Positions 11,412 through 22,048 of a DNA stretch of 64,000 nt are shown piece by piece; position 1 is the first letter of the stretch; every line of letters starts with the position of its first letter. Origin of the DNA: an uncultured Methylomirabilota bacterium (lineage in GTDB: Bacteria; Methylomirabilota; Methylomirabilia; Methylomirabilales; 2-02-FULL-66-22); contig CAWJSJ010000002.1 of NCBI GenBank assembly GCA_963845565.1, positions 1,280,001 through 1,344,000 on the forward strand. Reading direction: 5' to 3'. Both the position numbers and the translations under genes were made by a program. The notes beneath the pieces are model-generated. The model made no database searches. It was not told where the DNA came from and saw nothing but the letters and a program-made list of their open reading frames with translations.

Positions 11412-12989
11412 CTAGCCCTGCAGGTACGCCTGCAAGGTGCGTCGAACGCTCCCCGGCCCCACCAGCATCCGCCCCACCAGCGCCTGCAGACGGTTACCGG
11501 TATCGCCATGGCCGAACAGGTCCGCTCCCATCACCGTCCGGCACGCGATCAGGTCGGCGAAGGCCGCAGCGCTCCCCGGGTCGCCCAGCGCAGCGCGCGC
11601 GCCGGCCGCAGCCAGGAGGGGCTTGACGGGGTCGTCTTCGAGCGGATAGGCCGTTCCGTGATCGTCGACCCCCAGGGTGTACCGGAGGAACCCTGCCACC
11701 GGAAGCAGGACGAGATCCAGGCGTGCGGGATCCAGACCCCGTGCGTGGCCGGCGAAGTAGGTATCCAAGAACCGCGGCAACATCTTGGTAGAGCCGTTCA
11801 GGGCGGCCCGCATGGGGTCATCGGGAATGTTGGGGTTTGAGAGGCGAGCCAGCGCGTGGCGGGCGAAGGCGCGAGGATCCATCTTGCGCGGAGCGCTCAT
11901 GGTCTCGATCGCGATGTCCATGATGCGTCGCATCAGCTCGAGCAGGTCCCGGTCCTGCATGGCGCGACAGACGCCGTACTGACCCCGGTAACCCAGGAGA
12001 ACGCCCAATCCGCCGATGGTCGAGTTCTCCATGTTGAGGAGGCGGATCTTCATGTCCTCGTACTTCTTGACCTCGGCATAGCTTGCTTCCAGGATGACGC
12101 CTTCCGCCCGGTCGAACACCGGCCGGCCCGCCGGGAAGCAGTCCTCCACCACCCAGTACCGGGTTCGCTCGGTGACTACCAGGGGCGACCGGAGGCCGAG
12201 CCGATCGAGGACCGCCAATGCCTGCTCGTCGGGCGCGACGGCGGTTCGGTCAATCATGGCGTTCGGAAAGGCAAACCGGGTGGGATCGGTGAGGTAGGCG
12301 ACGAAGCCCTTCGGCGCAAAACCGGCGGCCTCCCAGGCCTGGGCCATGGTCCGGAAGACGGCGCTCGTCACGTGCCCGTTGCTGGAAAAGTTGGTGCAGC
12401 TCACGACGGCGAAGGGGAGGCCGGCAACACATCGTTCCCGCGCGAAGGCCGTCCATTTGCCTGCGTCCGACGTGACGGTGCCCTCCCGCATGTCCTGCTT
12501 TACGGCGTCGCTGACCGGTTCGGCAAGCGTGCCGCCCGTGTACGCCATGCCGTACGCCCCTTCCGGGGCGTTGATGGTGGCGAACTGGAGGCGCGGATCG
12601 CGAGCCAATTCCATGAGCCGGTGCCAGGTCAGGCTGGCGGTGTTCCCGTCCACGAAGAGAACGGACTGGATCGCGCCCTGGATCTTCGGCGTCACGGCGC
12701 CGCGCGCGTCTTCGTAGATGAGCTGGGTCATGAGGTAATCGGTCGCCGCAAGTTCCGCGACGGAGCGCGCGGCATGCGTTTCGACGCCCACCATCAGTCC
12801 GGTGTCCGGGTGCTCCGCCAGGAGATCCTGCAGGATGTCCCCGCTGTGGCCGTAGGCCATGCGGCCTGCCGAAAACGAGAGGGACCGAACCGGGAGCGCC
12901 CGCCGGTCGTGGCGGGGGAGCAGCACGTTCTTACCGCGCCAGAAGGCGGCATCGTCGAGAAGGGCCTGGGTAAGCGTCCGCGCGATCAT
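11412..12989 (-). CDS. Mannitol dehydrogenase family protein (divergent; fructuronate/mannonate reductase-like)
   Basis: From MIARTLTQ: LPRHDR, TINAPEGAY, VVSCTNFSSNG, FPNAMIDR, WVVEDCFPAGRP, YEDMKIRLLN, RLSNPNIPD and NGSTKMLPRF follow the long-chain polyol dehydrogenase pattern. Confidence 0.78.
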   Translation of the reverse strand: MIARTLTQALLDDAAFWRGKNVLLPRHDRRALPVRSLSFSAGRMAYGHSGDILQDLLAEHPDTGLMVGVETHAARSVAELAATDYLMTQLIYEDARGAVTPKIQGAIQSVLFVDGNTASLTWHRLMELARDPRLQFATINAPEGAYGMAYTGGTLAEPVSDAVKQDMREGTVTSDAGKWTAFARERCVAGLPFAVVSCTNFSSNGHVTSAVFRTMAQAWEAAGFAPKGFVAYLTDPTRFAFPNAMIDRTAVAPDEQALAVLDRLGLRSPLVVTERTRYWVVEDCFPAGRPVFDRAEGVILEASYAEVKKYEDMKIRLLNMENSTIGGLGVLLGYRGQYGVCRAMQDRDLLELMRRIMDIAIETMSAPRKMDPRAFARHALARLSNPNIPDDPMRAALNGSTKMLPRFLDTYFAGHARGLDPARLDLVLLPVAGFLRYTLGVDDHGTAYPLEDDPVKPLLAAAGARAALGDPGSAAAFADLIACRTVMGADLFGHGDTGNRLQALVGRMLVGPGSVRRTLQAYLQG

Positions 12990-13060
12990 GGCAACGTCCT
13001 CGCGAGTGCGATCCGGTCTGACACTACACCCCGATGCGGCGCGGCCTCCGGCCCGCGCCT

Positions 13061-14245
13061 CTATCGCGTCCCCCAACCGAACAGGCGAGCGGCGAGGCCG
13101 GCCGACACGCGGATGGCCCCCTCGGGGCACATCTCCTGGCAACAGAAACAGGCGATGCACTGGTCGCGATCGATCATCACCGGCGGCACGGACGGGGCGC
13201 CGTCGGGAGTGAGTGCGATGGCGTGGGCGGCGCAGACGCGGGCGCATTCTCCGCACGCCACGCAGGCGCCACGGTCGATCTCGGGCCGCACGGTCATCAG
13301 GCGTTCCAGAAACGCCGAGAGCCACGCCGGCCCGCCAAAACCCCGAAGCGGAGCGGGCCGCGCGAGGCGCCAGGTCGGGCGCGGACGCAGATCGTCGGGC
13401 GGCGGGCCGACGATCTCGATCCCGTCGAATGACGGCAGCAGGTGGAGGCCGTGCGCAACGGCCAGCGTGAAGACCTGGGGCAGGTCGAGTCCCCAGATCC
13501 GGGCCAGCACTGCGTCCAGGGCGTGCGCGTCTGCGGACGCGATCACGAGACCAAGCGGCCGCGGGTCGCCGGCGCTGGGGCCGTTCCCCTCCATCCCGAT
13601 GACGGCATCCAGGATGGAGAGCCGTGGCGCGATCAGGGCGTGGACGTGCAGGAGGAGGCGCGCGAAGTCCGCCGGGTTCTTCCCCGCGCGAAAGTGCCAT
13701 TGCGCCTTTTCCATGCCGACCACGGCTCCGAAGCTGTTCTTGACCGCCGCCGTCACGACCATCTGCCCGTGCGTCTTGGCCTTGGGCAGGTTGATCACCA
13801 GGTCCGCGTCGCGGAGGCGCCGGATCAGCCGGAGGCGATGAAAGCCGGTGCCGGCAGGCGCCACATCGACCCCCTCGTCCGCGTCGTGGACGACGAAGGG
13901 TTCGTCGTCGCCGAGACCCAGATGCCGGGCGCATCGCCGGGCGGATCCCACGCCCGGGCTGTCGGTGACCTCGACCACGGCGGCCCCGACCTCTCGGGCC
14001 AGACGGGCGACGGCGCGGATGATCTCCGGGTGGGTGCAGACGGCCCGTTCGGGGGCGCTCGGCATGAGCAAGTTCGGCTTGAGGACCACGCGCGCGCCGG
14101 GCATGACGAAGGCGCCGATGCCGCCCAAGGGCTCGAGGACGGCCCGGACGGCCCGCTCGACCGCCGCCGGCTCGTACGTGGCGAGCCGCTGAATGGAGAC
14201 ACGACGGGCGGCCGCCGGCCGCGGTCCAAGGCTGTTCTCAGGCAT
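13061..14245 (-). CDS. DUF362 domain protein with C-terminal 2x[4Fe-4S] ferredoxin domain
   Basis: VVLKPNLL...AVCTHPE, INLPKAKTHG...AVKNSFG and GMEGNGPSAGDP; CVACGECARVC and CIACFCCQEMCP. Confidence 0.88.
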   Translation of the reverse strand: MPENSLGPRPAAARRVSIQRLATYEPAAVERAVRAVLEPLGGIGAFVMPGARVVLKPNLLMPSAPERAVCTHPEIIRAVARLAREVGAAVVEVTDSPGVGSARRCARHLGLGDDEPFVVHDADEGVDVAPAGTGFHRLRLIRRLRDADLVINLPKAKTHGQMVVTAAVKNSFGAVVGMEKAQWHFRAGKNPADFARLLLHVHALIAPRLSILDAVIGMEGNGPSAGDPRPLGLVIASADAHALDAVLARIWGLDLPQVFTLAVAHGLHLLPSFDGIEIVGPPPDDLRPRPTWRLARPAPLRGFGGPAWLSAFLERLMTVRPEIDRGACVACGECARVCAAHAIALTPDGAPSVPPVMIDRDQCIACFCCQEMCPEGAIRVSAGLAARLFGWGTR

Positions 14246-14475
14246 GGCACCCTGCAGGTTCCGGTTTGGGGACTGTCCGCCGGGAAGGCGGTTGCAGTGC
14301 CGCATATACAATACTCTCCTGACCCCGAGAGGGCAAATCCTCCCCGACGGGACACGGTGGTGGCCCGGACGATCGCTCTTTGGCGCCGGGTCGCACAAAA
14401 GAATTGCCGAGTCTATCGCGAGTGGCATATGCTCGCGGCGTTTCGGGGTGCCGCGGAGGAGACGGGGGATCCGAA

Positions 14476-15846
14476 ATGGTCGCCAATCGAAAAACGATTC
14501 TTATCGTCGACGACGACGAAGTGATCCTGCGCGTGCTCGAGCGTGACCTGGAGCAGGCAGGCTTTGCCGTCGTGAAAGCGGGAAACGGCAAGGAGGCGCT
14601 GGAGATCGTCTCGCGCGACACCGTGGACATCGTCATTTCCGATATCTCCATGCCGGAGATGGACGGGCTGGCATTTTGCGAGCAGCTCCGGCGGCGCCCC
14701 GCCTGCGCGGACATCCCTTTCATCTTCCTCACGGTTCACGGGGGAGAGCAGGCCAAGATCCGGGGTCTGCGATCGGGGGCGGACGATTACGTGGTCAAGC
14801 CCTTCAACACGGGCGATCTCATCGCGCGCGCGGAGATCCTCTACGACCGCATCCAGCGAAAACGCTCAGGGGACACCTTGAAGGGCAACCTGCGAGAGGT
14901 GGGCCTGTGCGAGATCCTGCAGTTGTTCGAGTTGACGCGGAAACGCGGCGTGCTCCACGTGGACACGGATGCGGGGAAGGGGACCATCGCGTTCGCCGAC
15001 GGCACATTGATGGACGCCACCTGGAACGATCTTCAGGGAGAGGACGCGGTGCTCGAGATGTTCGCCCTGGCGGCCGGCAATTTCCGCTTCCAGTCGCAAG
15101 AGGTGTCCTCCGGCACGATCGGACAATCCATCAGTTTCATGCTCATGGAGGCGGCGCGGTTGACCGACGAGTTGGCGGCCTTCGCGGACCATATCCCTTC
15201 CGCCACGACACTCCTGCGCCTCCAGAAGCCGTTCGAAGGGGACGACGCGGACGCGCACTCGGCGAGCCGAGCGATCACCGATGGGTGCGCCGACCTCGCC
15301 GCCCTCCAGCGAGCGCTACGGATGTCCGCCGTCAGGCTTGGGCTCGCGGTCGGGAAATTGATCGCGGGGGGATTCGTCACGATGGGCGGCGCACCCCCCG
15401 CCGACGAGGCCGGCCAGGCCGTCGCGGGGGTGGCGAGGCCGGTCAAGATCCTGGTCGCGTTCACGGATGATCGGATGCTGTCCAGATGTCTGTCGCTGAT
15501 GGGCGAACCCGGAGACCATCCGTTGAAAAGAAGCGGCCTATCGGAATCCTCGCGCGTGACGGTCGGTTCGCAGGTCTACGACCTCTTCTGTTTGCGAGGA
15601 GAGAAGCGGTTCTCGTTCATGTGGGAGCTGGTCTTGCGAACCTCGACGGGCGCGCTCTATTTGCTCACCACCGACGACGATGCGGAGCATGCGGCCTTCT
15701 TCTCGGCGAAGGCGACATCGCTGCGCAAGCCAGTGGTTCGCGTGAGCTTGGGGACCACGCTGCGCCACAGCGACGGCGTCCGGGTGGTCGCCACCCCCGA
15801 CGATATGCGCCAGGCGCTCGAGGCCGTGCGGACGTCCGCCGCGTGA
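14476..15846 (+). CDS. Response regulator: receiver + DUF4388 (PATAN-like) + degenerate small-GTPase-like C-terminus
   Basis: ILIVDDD...SDISMPEMDG...FLT...DDYVVKPF receiver; LKGNLREVGLCEILQLFELTRKRGVL DUF4388; tail LFCLRGEKRFSFMWELVLRTSTGALYLL. Confidence 0.85.
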   Translation: MVANRKTILIVDDDEVILRVLERDLEQAGFAVVKAGNGKEALEIVSRDTVDIVISDISMPEMDGLAFCEQLRRRPACADIPFIFLTVHGGEQAKIRGLRSGADDYVVKPFNTGDLIARAEILYDRIQRKRSGDTLKGNLREVGLCEILQLFELTRKRGVLHVDTDAGKGTIAFADGTLMDATWNDLQGEDAVLEMFALAAGNFRFQSQEVSSGTIGQSISFMLMEAARLTDELAAFADHIPSATTLLRLQKPFEGDDADAHSASRAITDGCADLAALQRALRMSAVRLGLAVGKLIAGGFVTMGGAPPADEAGQAVAGVARPVKILVAFTDDRMLSRCLSLMGEPGDHPLKRSGLSESSRVTVGSQVYDLFCLRGEKRFSFMWELVLRTSTGALYLLTTDDDAEHAAFFSAKATSLRKPVVRVSLGTTLRHSDGVRVVATPDDMRQALEAVRTSAA

Positions 15847-16022
15847 CCCGAGTGCGGCGTGGCAGTGGACGGATCCGGGCCGGCGGCGGACAGACGCCAA
15901 GCCTCTCGCCGGTAGCCGCCGCGCCGCGGTTCCCGACTGGGCTCGGGGAGGGGTTTGAAAGGCCCGGAGGGTTGTGTTAGGGTGTTGGCCCGCACGTCGT
16001 TCCAGCACAGGAGGGGGTACCA

Positions 16023-17831
16023 GTGTCCGTCCATGTTCAGGAAACCGTCCGCTTGCTTTCCGGGAACGAAGCCATCGCCCGGGGCGCCTTCGAGGCGGGG
16101 GTACGGGTCGCCGCAGCGTATCCAGGGACACCCAGCACCGAGATTCTGGAGTACCTGGTAGAATACGAGGGGGTCCACGCGGAATGGGCGCCCAACGAGA
16201 AGGTGGCGGTCGAGGTCGCGTTGGGGGCCTCGATGGCCGGCGCGCGCGCCTTGGCGGCCATGAAGCACGTCGGGGTCAATGTGGCGGCGGATCCGATCTT
16301 CACGGCTGCCTACACGGGTGTGCGAGGCGGTCTGGTCATCGTCACCGCCGACGATCCGGAGATGCACTCCTCCCAGAACGAGCAGGACAATCGGCACTAC
16401 GCGCAGGCGGCCAAGATTCCGATGCTGGAGCCCGCGGACTCGGCCGAGACCAAGATCTACACGAAGCTCGCCTTCGAATTATCCGAGCGGTTCGACACGC
16501 CGGTGTTCCTGCGGACGACCACGCGCATCTCCCACGCCACGGGGCCCGTGCCGCTGGGCGAGGTGGAGCCATCGGCCGTGCCCCTCGGGTTTGTGGAGGA
16601 GCCGGCGAAGTGGGTCATGCTTCCGGTCAACGCCCGCAAGCGGCACGTGGTGGTGGAAAACCGGATGCGGGCGCTCCGCGAGTTCGCCGAGAGCTTCGAC
16701 GGCAACCGGATCGAGTGGGGCGACCGGTCCCTGGGCATCATCACGGCCGGTGTGGCGTACCAGTACGTCCGGGAGGCGTTCCCGCACGCCTCGGTTCTGA
16801 AGCTGGGGATGGCCCACCCCCTTCCCGAGCGTCTCATCCGCGAGTTCGCCGCGGGGGTGACGCGGCTGGTGGTGGTGGAAGAACTGGACCCGATCATCGA
16901 GACCCATGTGAAGGCGATGGGGATTCGGGTCGAAGGGAAGGACCGGGTGCCGGCCCTGGGGGAGCTCAACCCGCGGATCGTGCGGCAGGCGATCAGCGGC
17001 GAAGCGGCGCCGCTGCGCGAACCCGCAGCCGTGCCCAGCCGTCCGCCGAATCTCTGCGCCGGCTGCCCGCACCGGAGCCTCTTTGTCGCGCTCAACAAGT
17101 GCCGGGTGACGGTGACGGGGGACATCGGGTGCTACACCCTCTCCGCACTGCCGCCCCTCAAGAGCATGGATACCTGCGTGTGCATGGGCGCCTCCATCGG
17201 CAACGCCCTGGGCATCGAGAAGGCGCTCGGCGCGGCCGCCCGCGGCAAGGTGGTGGCGGTCATCGGCGATTCCACGTTCGTCCATTCGGGGATCACCGGA
17301 CTCATCAACGTGGTGTACAACGGGGGCTGTTCCACGGTGATCATCCTGGACAACGGGACGACCGCGATGACGGGCGCCCAAGATCACCCCGGGACGGGGA
17401 AGACGCTGCAGGGGGAGCGCGTACACCGGTTGGACCTGGCCGCGCTCTGCCGGGCCATCGGGGTGGAGCACGTGTACACGGTGAATCCGCACGACCAGGT
17501 CGAGACCGAGGCGGTCCTCCGGCGGGAACTGGACCGCGACGCGCCCTCCGTGATCATCGCCCGGGCCGCCTGCGTCCTGCTCCCCGAGCACCGCGCCGAG
17601 AAGCGTCCCGGTTACGAGGTGATCGCCGAACTCTGCAACGGCTGCAACGCGTGCGGCAAGTTGGGGTGCCCCGCCATCGAGTGGCTGCCCCTGACGCCGG
17701 AGGAGGCGGTCGCCGTGGGCAAGAAACCGACACAGAAGGGGATCGTCCGAATCAACCGTCTCATGTGCGACGGGTGTGATCTCTGCCCGTCGGTCTGCAA
17801 GATGCGCGCGATGGTCGAGGCGGCGTCATGA
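16023..17831 (+). CDS. iorA: Indolepyruvate ferredoxin oxidoreductase subunit alpha
   Basis: LLSGNEAIARGA, YPGTPSTEI, NEKVAVE, SSQNEQD, RPPNLCAGCPHR, GDIGCY, GDSTFVHSG and C-terminal 4Fe-4S motifs. Confidence 0.95.
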   Translation: MSVHVQETVRLLSGNEAIARGAFEAGVRVAAAYPGTPSTEILEYLVEYEGVHAEWAPNEKVAVEVALGASMAGARALAAMKHVGVNVAADPIFTAAYTGVRGGLVIVTADDPEMHSSQNEQDNRHYAQAAKIPMLEPADSAETKIYTKLAFELSERFDTPVFLRTTTRISHATGPVPLGEVEPSAVPLGFVEEPAKWVMLPVNARKRHVVVENRMRALREFAESFDGNRIEWGDRSLGIITAGVAYQYVREAFPHASVLKLGMAHPLPERLIREFAAGVTRLVVVEELDPIIETHVKAMGIRVEGKDRVPALGELNPRIVRQAISGEAAPLREPAAVPSRPPNLCAGCPHRSLFVALNKCRVTVTGDIGCYTLSALPPLKSMDTCVCMGASIGNALGIEKALGAAARGKVVAVIGDSTFVHSGITGLINVVYNGGCSTVIILDNGTTAMTGAQDHPGTGKTLQGERVHRLDLAALCRAIGVEHVYTVNPHDQVETEAVLRRELDRDAPSVIIARAACVLLPEHRAEKRPGYEVIAELCNGCNACGKLGCPAIEWLPLTPEEAVAVGKKPTQKGIVRINRLMCDGCDLCPSVCKMRAMVEAAS

Positions 17832-18430
17832 GCCTCCCCTGCGGCAATATCTTTCTGGCCGGTGTGGGCGGGCAGGGGATCCTGCTGGCCTCGGAGGTCC
17901 TCGGAGAGGCCTTCCTGCGTGGCGGTTACGACGTGAAGAAGAGCGAGGTGCACGGGATGGCCCAGCGGGGCGGCGCCGTGACCACCCACCTCCGCTTCGG
18001 ACCCAAGGTCTTTTCTCCGTTGATCGAGCCGGGCGCCGCCGATCTGCTCATCGCCTTCGAGAAGATGGAGGCGCTGCGATTCATTCATTATCTCGCGCTG
18101 GACGGCGTTGCCGTGGTGAATACCCAGGAGATTCCCCCGGCCCCGGTGAGTTCCGGCCAGGAGCGGTACCCGGAGCGGATCGAGGAACGGTTGCGCGACA
18201 CTACGCCGCGCGTCCACATGGTGGACGCATTGACGGCAGCGATGGCGCTCCACGAGGTCCGCGCGGTGAACATGGTGATGACCGGGGCCGCCTCGCATTT
18301 CTTGCCGTTGCCGGAGGGGGCGTACCTGGAGGCACTGAAGAGCCGCTTGCCGGCCCGAGTGGTGGAGGTGAACGCGCAGGCGTTCCGCGCCGGCCGCGCG
18401 CTGGTCCACCCGGCTGGCGAGCGCGGGTGA
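17828..18430 (+). CDS. iorB: Indolepyruvate ferredoxin oxidoreductase subunit beta
   Basis: GVGGQGILLAS and SEVHGMAQRGGAV; overlaps the iorA stop. Confidence 0.93.
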   Translation: MSLPCGNIFLAGVGGQGILLASEVLGEAFLRGGYDVKKSEVHGMAQRGGAVTTHLRFGPKVFSPLIEPGAADLLIAFEKMEALRFIHYLALDGVAVVNTQEIPPAPVSSGQERYPERIEERLRDTTPRVHMVDALTAAMALHEVRAVNMVMTGAASHFLPLPEGAYLEALKSRLPARVVEVNAQAFRAGRALVHPAGERG

Positions 18431-18482
18431 GGCCGAGCCGCCGAGATCGAGGATGGGGGTACCTACCTAGAGAGGGGGACCG

Positions 18483-19784
18483 ATGATCTGGAACGACGAG
18501 TACGAGACGCTGCCGCGCGAGGCCTTGGAAGCGCTCCAGCTCAAGCGGTTGCGGGACCTGGTGGATCGGATGTATGCCCGGGTGCCCTTCTACCGGCAGA
18601 AGCTGACGGAGGCCGGGTACAAGTCAGGCGACATTCGGACGCTGGGCGATCTTGCTCGCCTGCCCTTCACCACCAAGGACGATCTCCGAGACAACTACCC
18701 CTTCGGCCTGTTTGCCGTGCCCATGGATCGGGTCGTCCGGATCCACGCCTCGTCGGGGACGACGGGCAAACCCACCGTGGTGGGGTACACCCGGCGAGAC
18801 ATCGACACCTGGTCGGAGTTGATGGCCCGAACGCTCTCCGCCGGGGGTACCACCAGCCGGGACATCGTCCACAACGCCTACGGGTACGGCCTCTTCACCG
18901 GGGGGCTGGGGGCGCACTACGGCGCCGAGAAGATCGGGGCGGCCGTCATCCCCATGTCCGGCGGGAACACCAAGCGGCAGATCCTGATCATGAAGGACTT
19001 CGGCTCCACCATTCTCCTCAGCACGCCCTCTTACGCCCTGAACATCGCCGAGGTGATGACGGAGGAGGGTGTGAGCCCGGCCGCGCTTCGACTGAAGTGT
19101 GGCCTCTTCGGGGCCGAGCCCTGGACCGAGGGGATGCGCCGGGAGATCGAGCGGAAGCTCAAGATCAGCGCGCTGGACATTTACGGCCTGTCCGAGGTCA
19201 TCGGACCGGGCGTCGCCTCGGAGTGTATCGAGGAAAAGCGCGGGCTCCACGTCTTCGAAGATCACTTTATCCCCGAGATCATCGATCCCGACACCGGGAA
19301 AGTGCTGCCGCACGGGGAAGCCGGCGAGCTGGTCTTCACCACGCTCACCAAAGAGGCCTTTCCCGTTCTGCGGTATCGAACGCGGGATATCTCGCGGCTC
19401 AACCCCACGCCCTGCGGTTGCGGGCGGACACTCCTCCGGATGGAGCGCATCTCTGGCCGGACGGACGACATGCTGATCATCCGGGGTGTCAACGTCTTCC
19501 CGTCCCAGATCGAGGCCGTGCTCATGGAGGTGGAAGGGGTCGAGCCCCATTACCAGCTCATCGTCACGCGCGAGGGCAACCTGGACGTCCTGGAGGTGCA
19601 GGTCGAGATCAACGAGTCGGTCTTCACCGATGCCATCAAGGGTCTGGAGCGGCTGGCGCGGCGCGTGGAGACGGACATCAAGGATCTGCTGGGGGTGTCC
19701 TGCAAGGTGCGACTGGTGGAGCCGAAGACGATCCAGCGCAGCGAGGGAAAGGCGAAGCGGGTGATCGACCATCGGAAAGCCTGA
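18483..19784 (+). CDS. paaK: Phenylacetate--CoA ligase family protein
   Basis: [42 protein letters not shown] and [20 protein letters not shown]. Confidence 0.92.
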   Translation: MIWNDEYETLPREALEALQLKRLRDLVDRMYARVPFYRQKLTEAGYKSGDIRTLGDLARLPFTTKDDLRDNYPFGLFAVPMDRVVRIHASSGTTGKPTVVGYTRRDIDTWSELMARTLSAGGTTSRDIVHNAYGYGLFTGGLGAHYGAEKIGAAVIPMSGGNTKRQILIMKDFGSTILLSTPSYALNIAEVMTEEGVSPAALRLKCGLFGAEPWTEGMRREIERKLKISALDIYGLSEVIGPGVASECIEEKRGLHVFEDHFIPEIIDPDTGKVLPHGEAGELVFTTLTKEAFPVLRYRTRDISRLNPTPCGCGRTLLRMERISGRTDDMLIIRGVNVFPSQIEAVLMEVEGVEPHYQLIVTREGNLDVLEVQVEINESVFTDAIKGLERLARRVETDIKDLLGVSCKVRLVEPKTIQRSEGKAKRVIDHRKA

Positions 19785-19868
19785 CGCCGCGGCTGGCGGA
19801 CGAACGACGATGCGGTTGGCCCGGACTCTCCGGTGTCGTCGCCCGGCGGGCTCTCCCCCGTGGGTCGC

Positions 19869-21143
19869 ATGACCTCCGCCCGCATGCACTACGGGTTCGT
19901 GGTGTTGGTGTTGATCGTCCTTGCCGTCTTCGGGTCGCTCGGCCTGGGGCGGTTCGGCTACACCAGCATCCTCCCGGCGATGCAGGCGGGCCTCGCGCTC
20001 ACCAACACCCAGACGGGCGTGCTGCAGTCCTGGAACCTGGCCGGCTACATGCTTGCGGCGGTGTTTGCCGGCCTCCTCGCCGCGCGGTACGGCCCGCGCG
20101 TGGTGATCTCTACGGCGCTGTTCGTGACGGCGTTAGGGATGGTGCTGACAGGGCTCCTGCCCAGCTTCGAGGGCGCACGAGTGGGACGTTTCCTGGCGGG
20201 TGTGGGCGGCGCCGGGGGAAACGTGCCCGGAATGGGATTGGTTTCGGCGTGGTTCGGCGCGAGGCGGCGAGGCATCGCTGCGGGTGCCGCCGTGAGCGGA
20301 TCGAGCCTGGGACTGATCGTGACCGGCCCGCTGGTCCCGCTCATCCTGGCTCGGTACGGTGCTGACGGGTGGCGCGTATGCTGGCACATCCTGGGGGCCA
20401 TGGCGCTGGGCGTGTTCGTGCTGTGCGCCTGGCTGCTCCGCGATCGTCCGGCAGAGCACGGGCTGACGGCGGTCGGTGAGGCGGAATCGGATCGCCTTCT
20501 GGACGGCGCGGGGACCGGGACGCCGTCGTTCGCCTGGGGGTCGGTGTGGCGATCCCGTGTGGTGTGGCATCTGGCGGCCGTCTATTTCGCGTTCGGGTTC
20601 TCCTACGTCATCTACGCCACGTTCTTCATCCGATTCCTGGTCGGCGAGGGGGGGTTCTCGGCGCAGGAGGCCGGCCTGCTCTGGCTGGGGATCGGCCTGG
20701 TGTCGGTCGTCAGCGGCTTCATCTGGGGCGCCATCTCGGATCGTTGGGGGCGGCGAGTCGCCCTGATGGGCGTGTTCGCGCTGCAGGGGGCCGCATTTCT
20801 GGTGTTTGGGGCAACCCACGCCGTGGCGGCGGTCTATCTGTCGGCAGGCCTGTTTGCCGTCACCGCCTGGAGTGTCCCGGCCCTGATGGCCGCATCGGCC
20901 GGCGACCTGTTCGGCGCACGGCTGGCGCCGGCGGCCATCGGGTTGATGACGGTCGTCATGAGCCTGGGGCAAGTGTGCGGCCCGTATCTCGCGGGGCGCA
21001 TCGCGGACGCGGCGCGCTCTTTCGCGCCGGCCTTTCTGACCGCCGGGTGCGTGGCGCTGGTGCTGGGCGGCGGAGGATCGTTCCTGTTGCGCCCCCGTGA
21101 GGGTGGGGTATGCGTCGTTGATCGGAAGGAGCGGACGCCATGA
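19869..21143 (+). CDS. MFS transporter (YbfB/YjiJ-like)
   Basis: About 12 hydrophobic segments; [22 protein letters not shown] and ISDRWGRR motifs. Confidence 0.88.
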   Translation: MTSARMHYGFVVLVLIVLAVFGSLGLGRFGYTSILPAMQAGLALTNTQTGVLQSWNLAGYMLAAVFAGLLAARYGPRVVISTALFVTALGMVLTGLLPSFEGARVGRFLAGVGGAGGNVPGMGLVSAWFGARRRGIAAGAAVSGSSLGLIVTGPLVPLILARYGADGWRVCWHILGAMALGVFVLCAWLLRDRPAEHGLTAVGEAESDRLLDGAGTGTPSFAWGSVWRSRVVWHLAAVYFAFGFSYVIYATFFIRFLVGEGGFSAQEAGLLWLGIGLVSVVSGFIWGAISDRWGRRVALMGVFALQGAAFLVFGATHAVAAVYLSAGLFAVTAWSVPALMAASAGDLFGARLAPAAIGLMTVVMSLGQVCGPYLAGRIADAARSFAPAFLTAGCVALVLGGGGSFLLRPREGGVCVVDRKERTP

Positions 21144-21572
21144 AGGTGGAACAGATCTCGATCTTTCTGGAGAACAAGTCGGGGCGCCTCGCCGAGGTGG
21201 CGGGGGTTCTGGCTGCCACGGGAGTCAACATCCGAGCGCTCTCGCTGGCCGACACGACCGACTTCGGCATCCTGCGCCTGATCGTGGATCAGAATCGACC
21301 GAGCCAAGCAGGCGCTGAAGGAGAACGGCTTTACGGTCGGCAAGACCGAGGTCATCGCCGTGGAGGTCCCCGACCGGCCGGGTGGCCTGGCCCAGATCCT
21401 GCGGACGCTGGACGCCGCCACCATCAATGTGGAATACATGTACGCCTTCGTCCAACGCTCGGGGGACAACGCCATCCTGATCTTCCGCTTCGACGACCTG
21501 GACAAAGCCATCCAGGTGCTGACGCAGGATGGAATTCGCGTCCTGAAGGGACAAGAGGTGTACGCGCTGTAG
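21140..21572 (+). CDS. Tandem ACT-domain (amino-acid-binding) protein; one +1 frameshift near 21296
   Basis: [20 protein letters not shown]...[21 protein letters not shown], then in the next frame [35 protein letters not shown]...NVEYMYAF. This is the usual partner of iorAB-paaK. Confidence 0.9.
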
Positions 21573-22048
21573 GCGCCGTACGCGTGTGGAACCGAAGCGC
21601 CCGACGCGTGTCCCGTTCGAGGAATAGGGACGTAGGTTCTAAGGCGCTTTCAGGATTTCCCGAAATCTGCGGTTCGGGAGACTCCGCCAACCGATTGACC
21701 GCGGAGGACCTCACCCCTACGAAGGGCGCCACCTTCGCCCCCGAATGGTCCCTGCCCTGGACGGCCAGTTGACACAAGAGGCGCCGGGCCTGCCTCACCC
21801 TCCTCGTCCAACGCGTGGATCCGACCGCCTTTCCATTCTTCGGAAAGTTGTTTTGGAACCTATTCCGGGATCCGTCTGGGTTACCCCAGAGCCGTCCCAC
21901 CTTTCCCCTTGACGCCTGCGTCCGGAGTGTCGGATAGTCTGCCCCAGCCTTGGCGCCCCCTTGGGGGGCGGGCGAGGCGCGGCGCCGGTGGCCCCCAGGG
22001 GTGGCGGCGCGGCCGCCGCCCGAATGGTCGCGCCGCCCCGAAAAGCCA

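Noticed and set aside
11412..13934. 840-aa ORF suggesting a large fusion protein
   Set aside because: The first 315 or so residues are an alternative frame over the DUF362 gene; the dehydrogenase starts at 12989.
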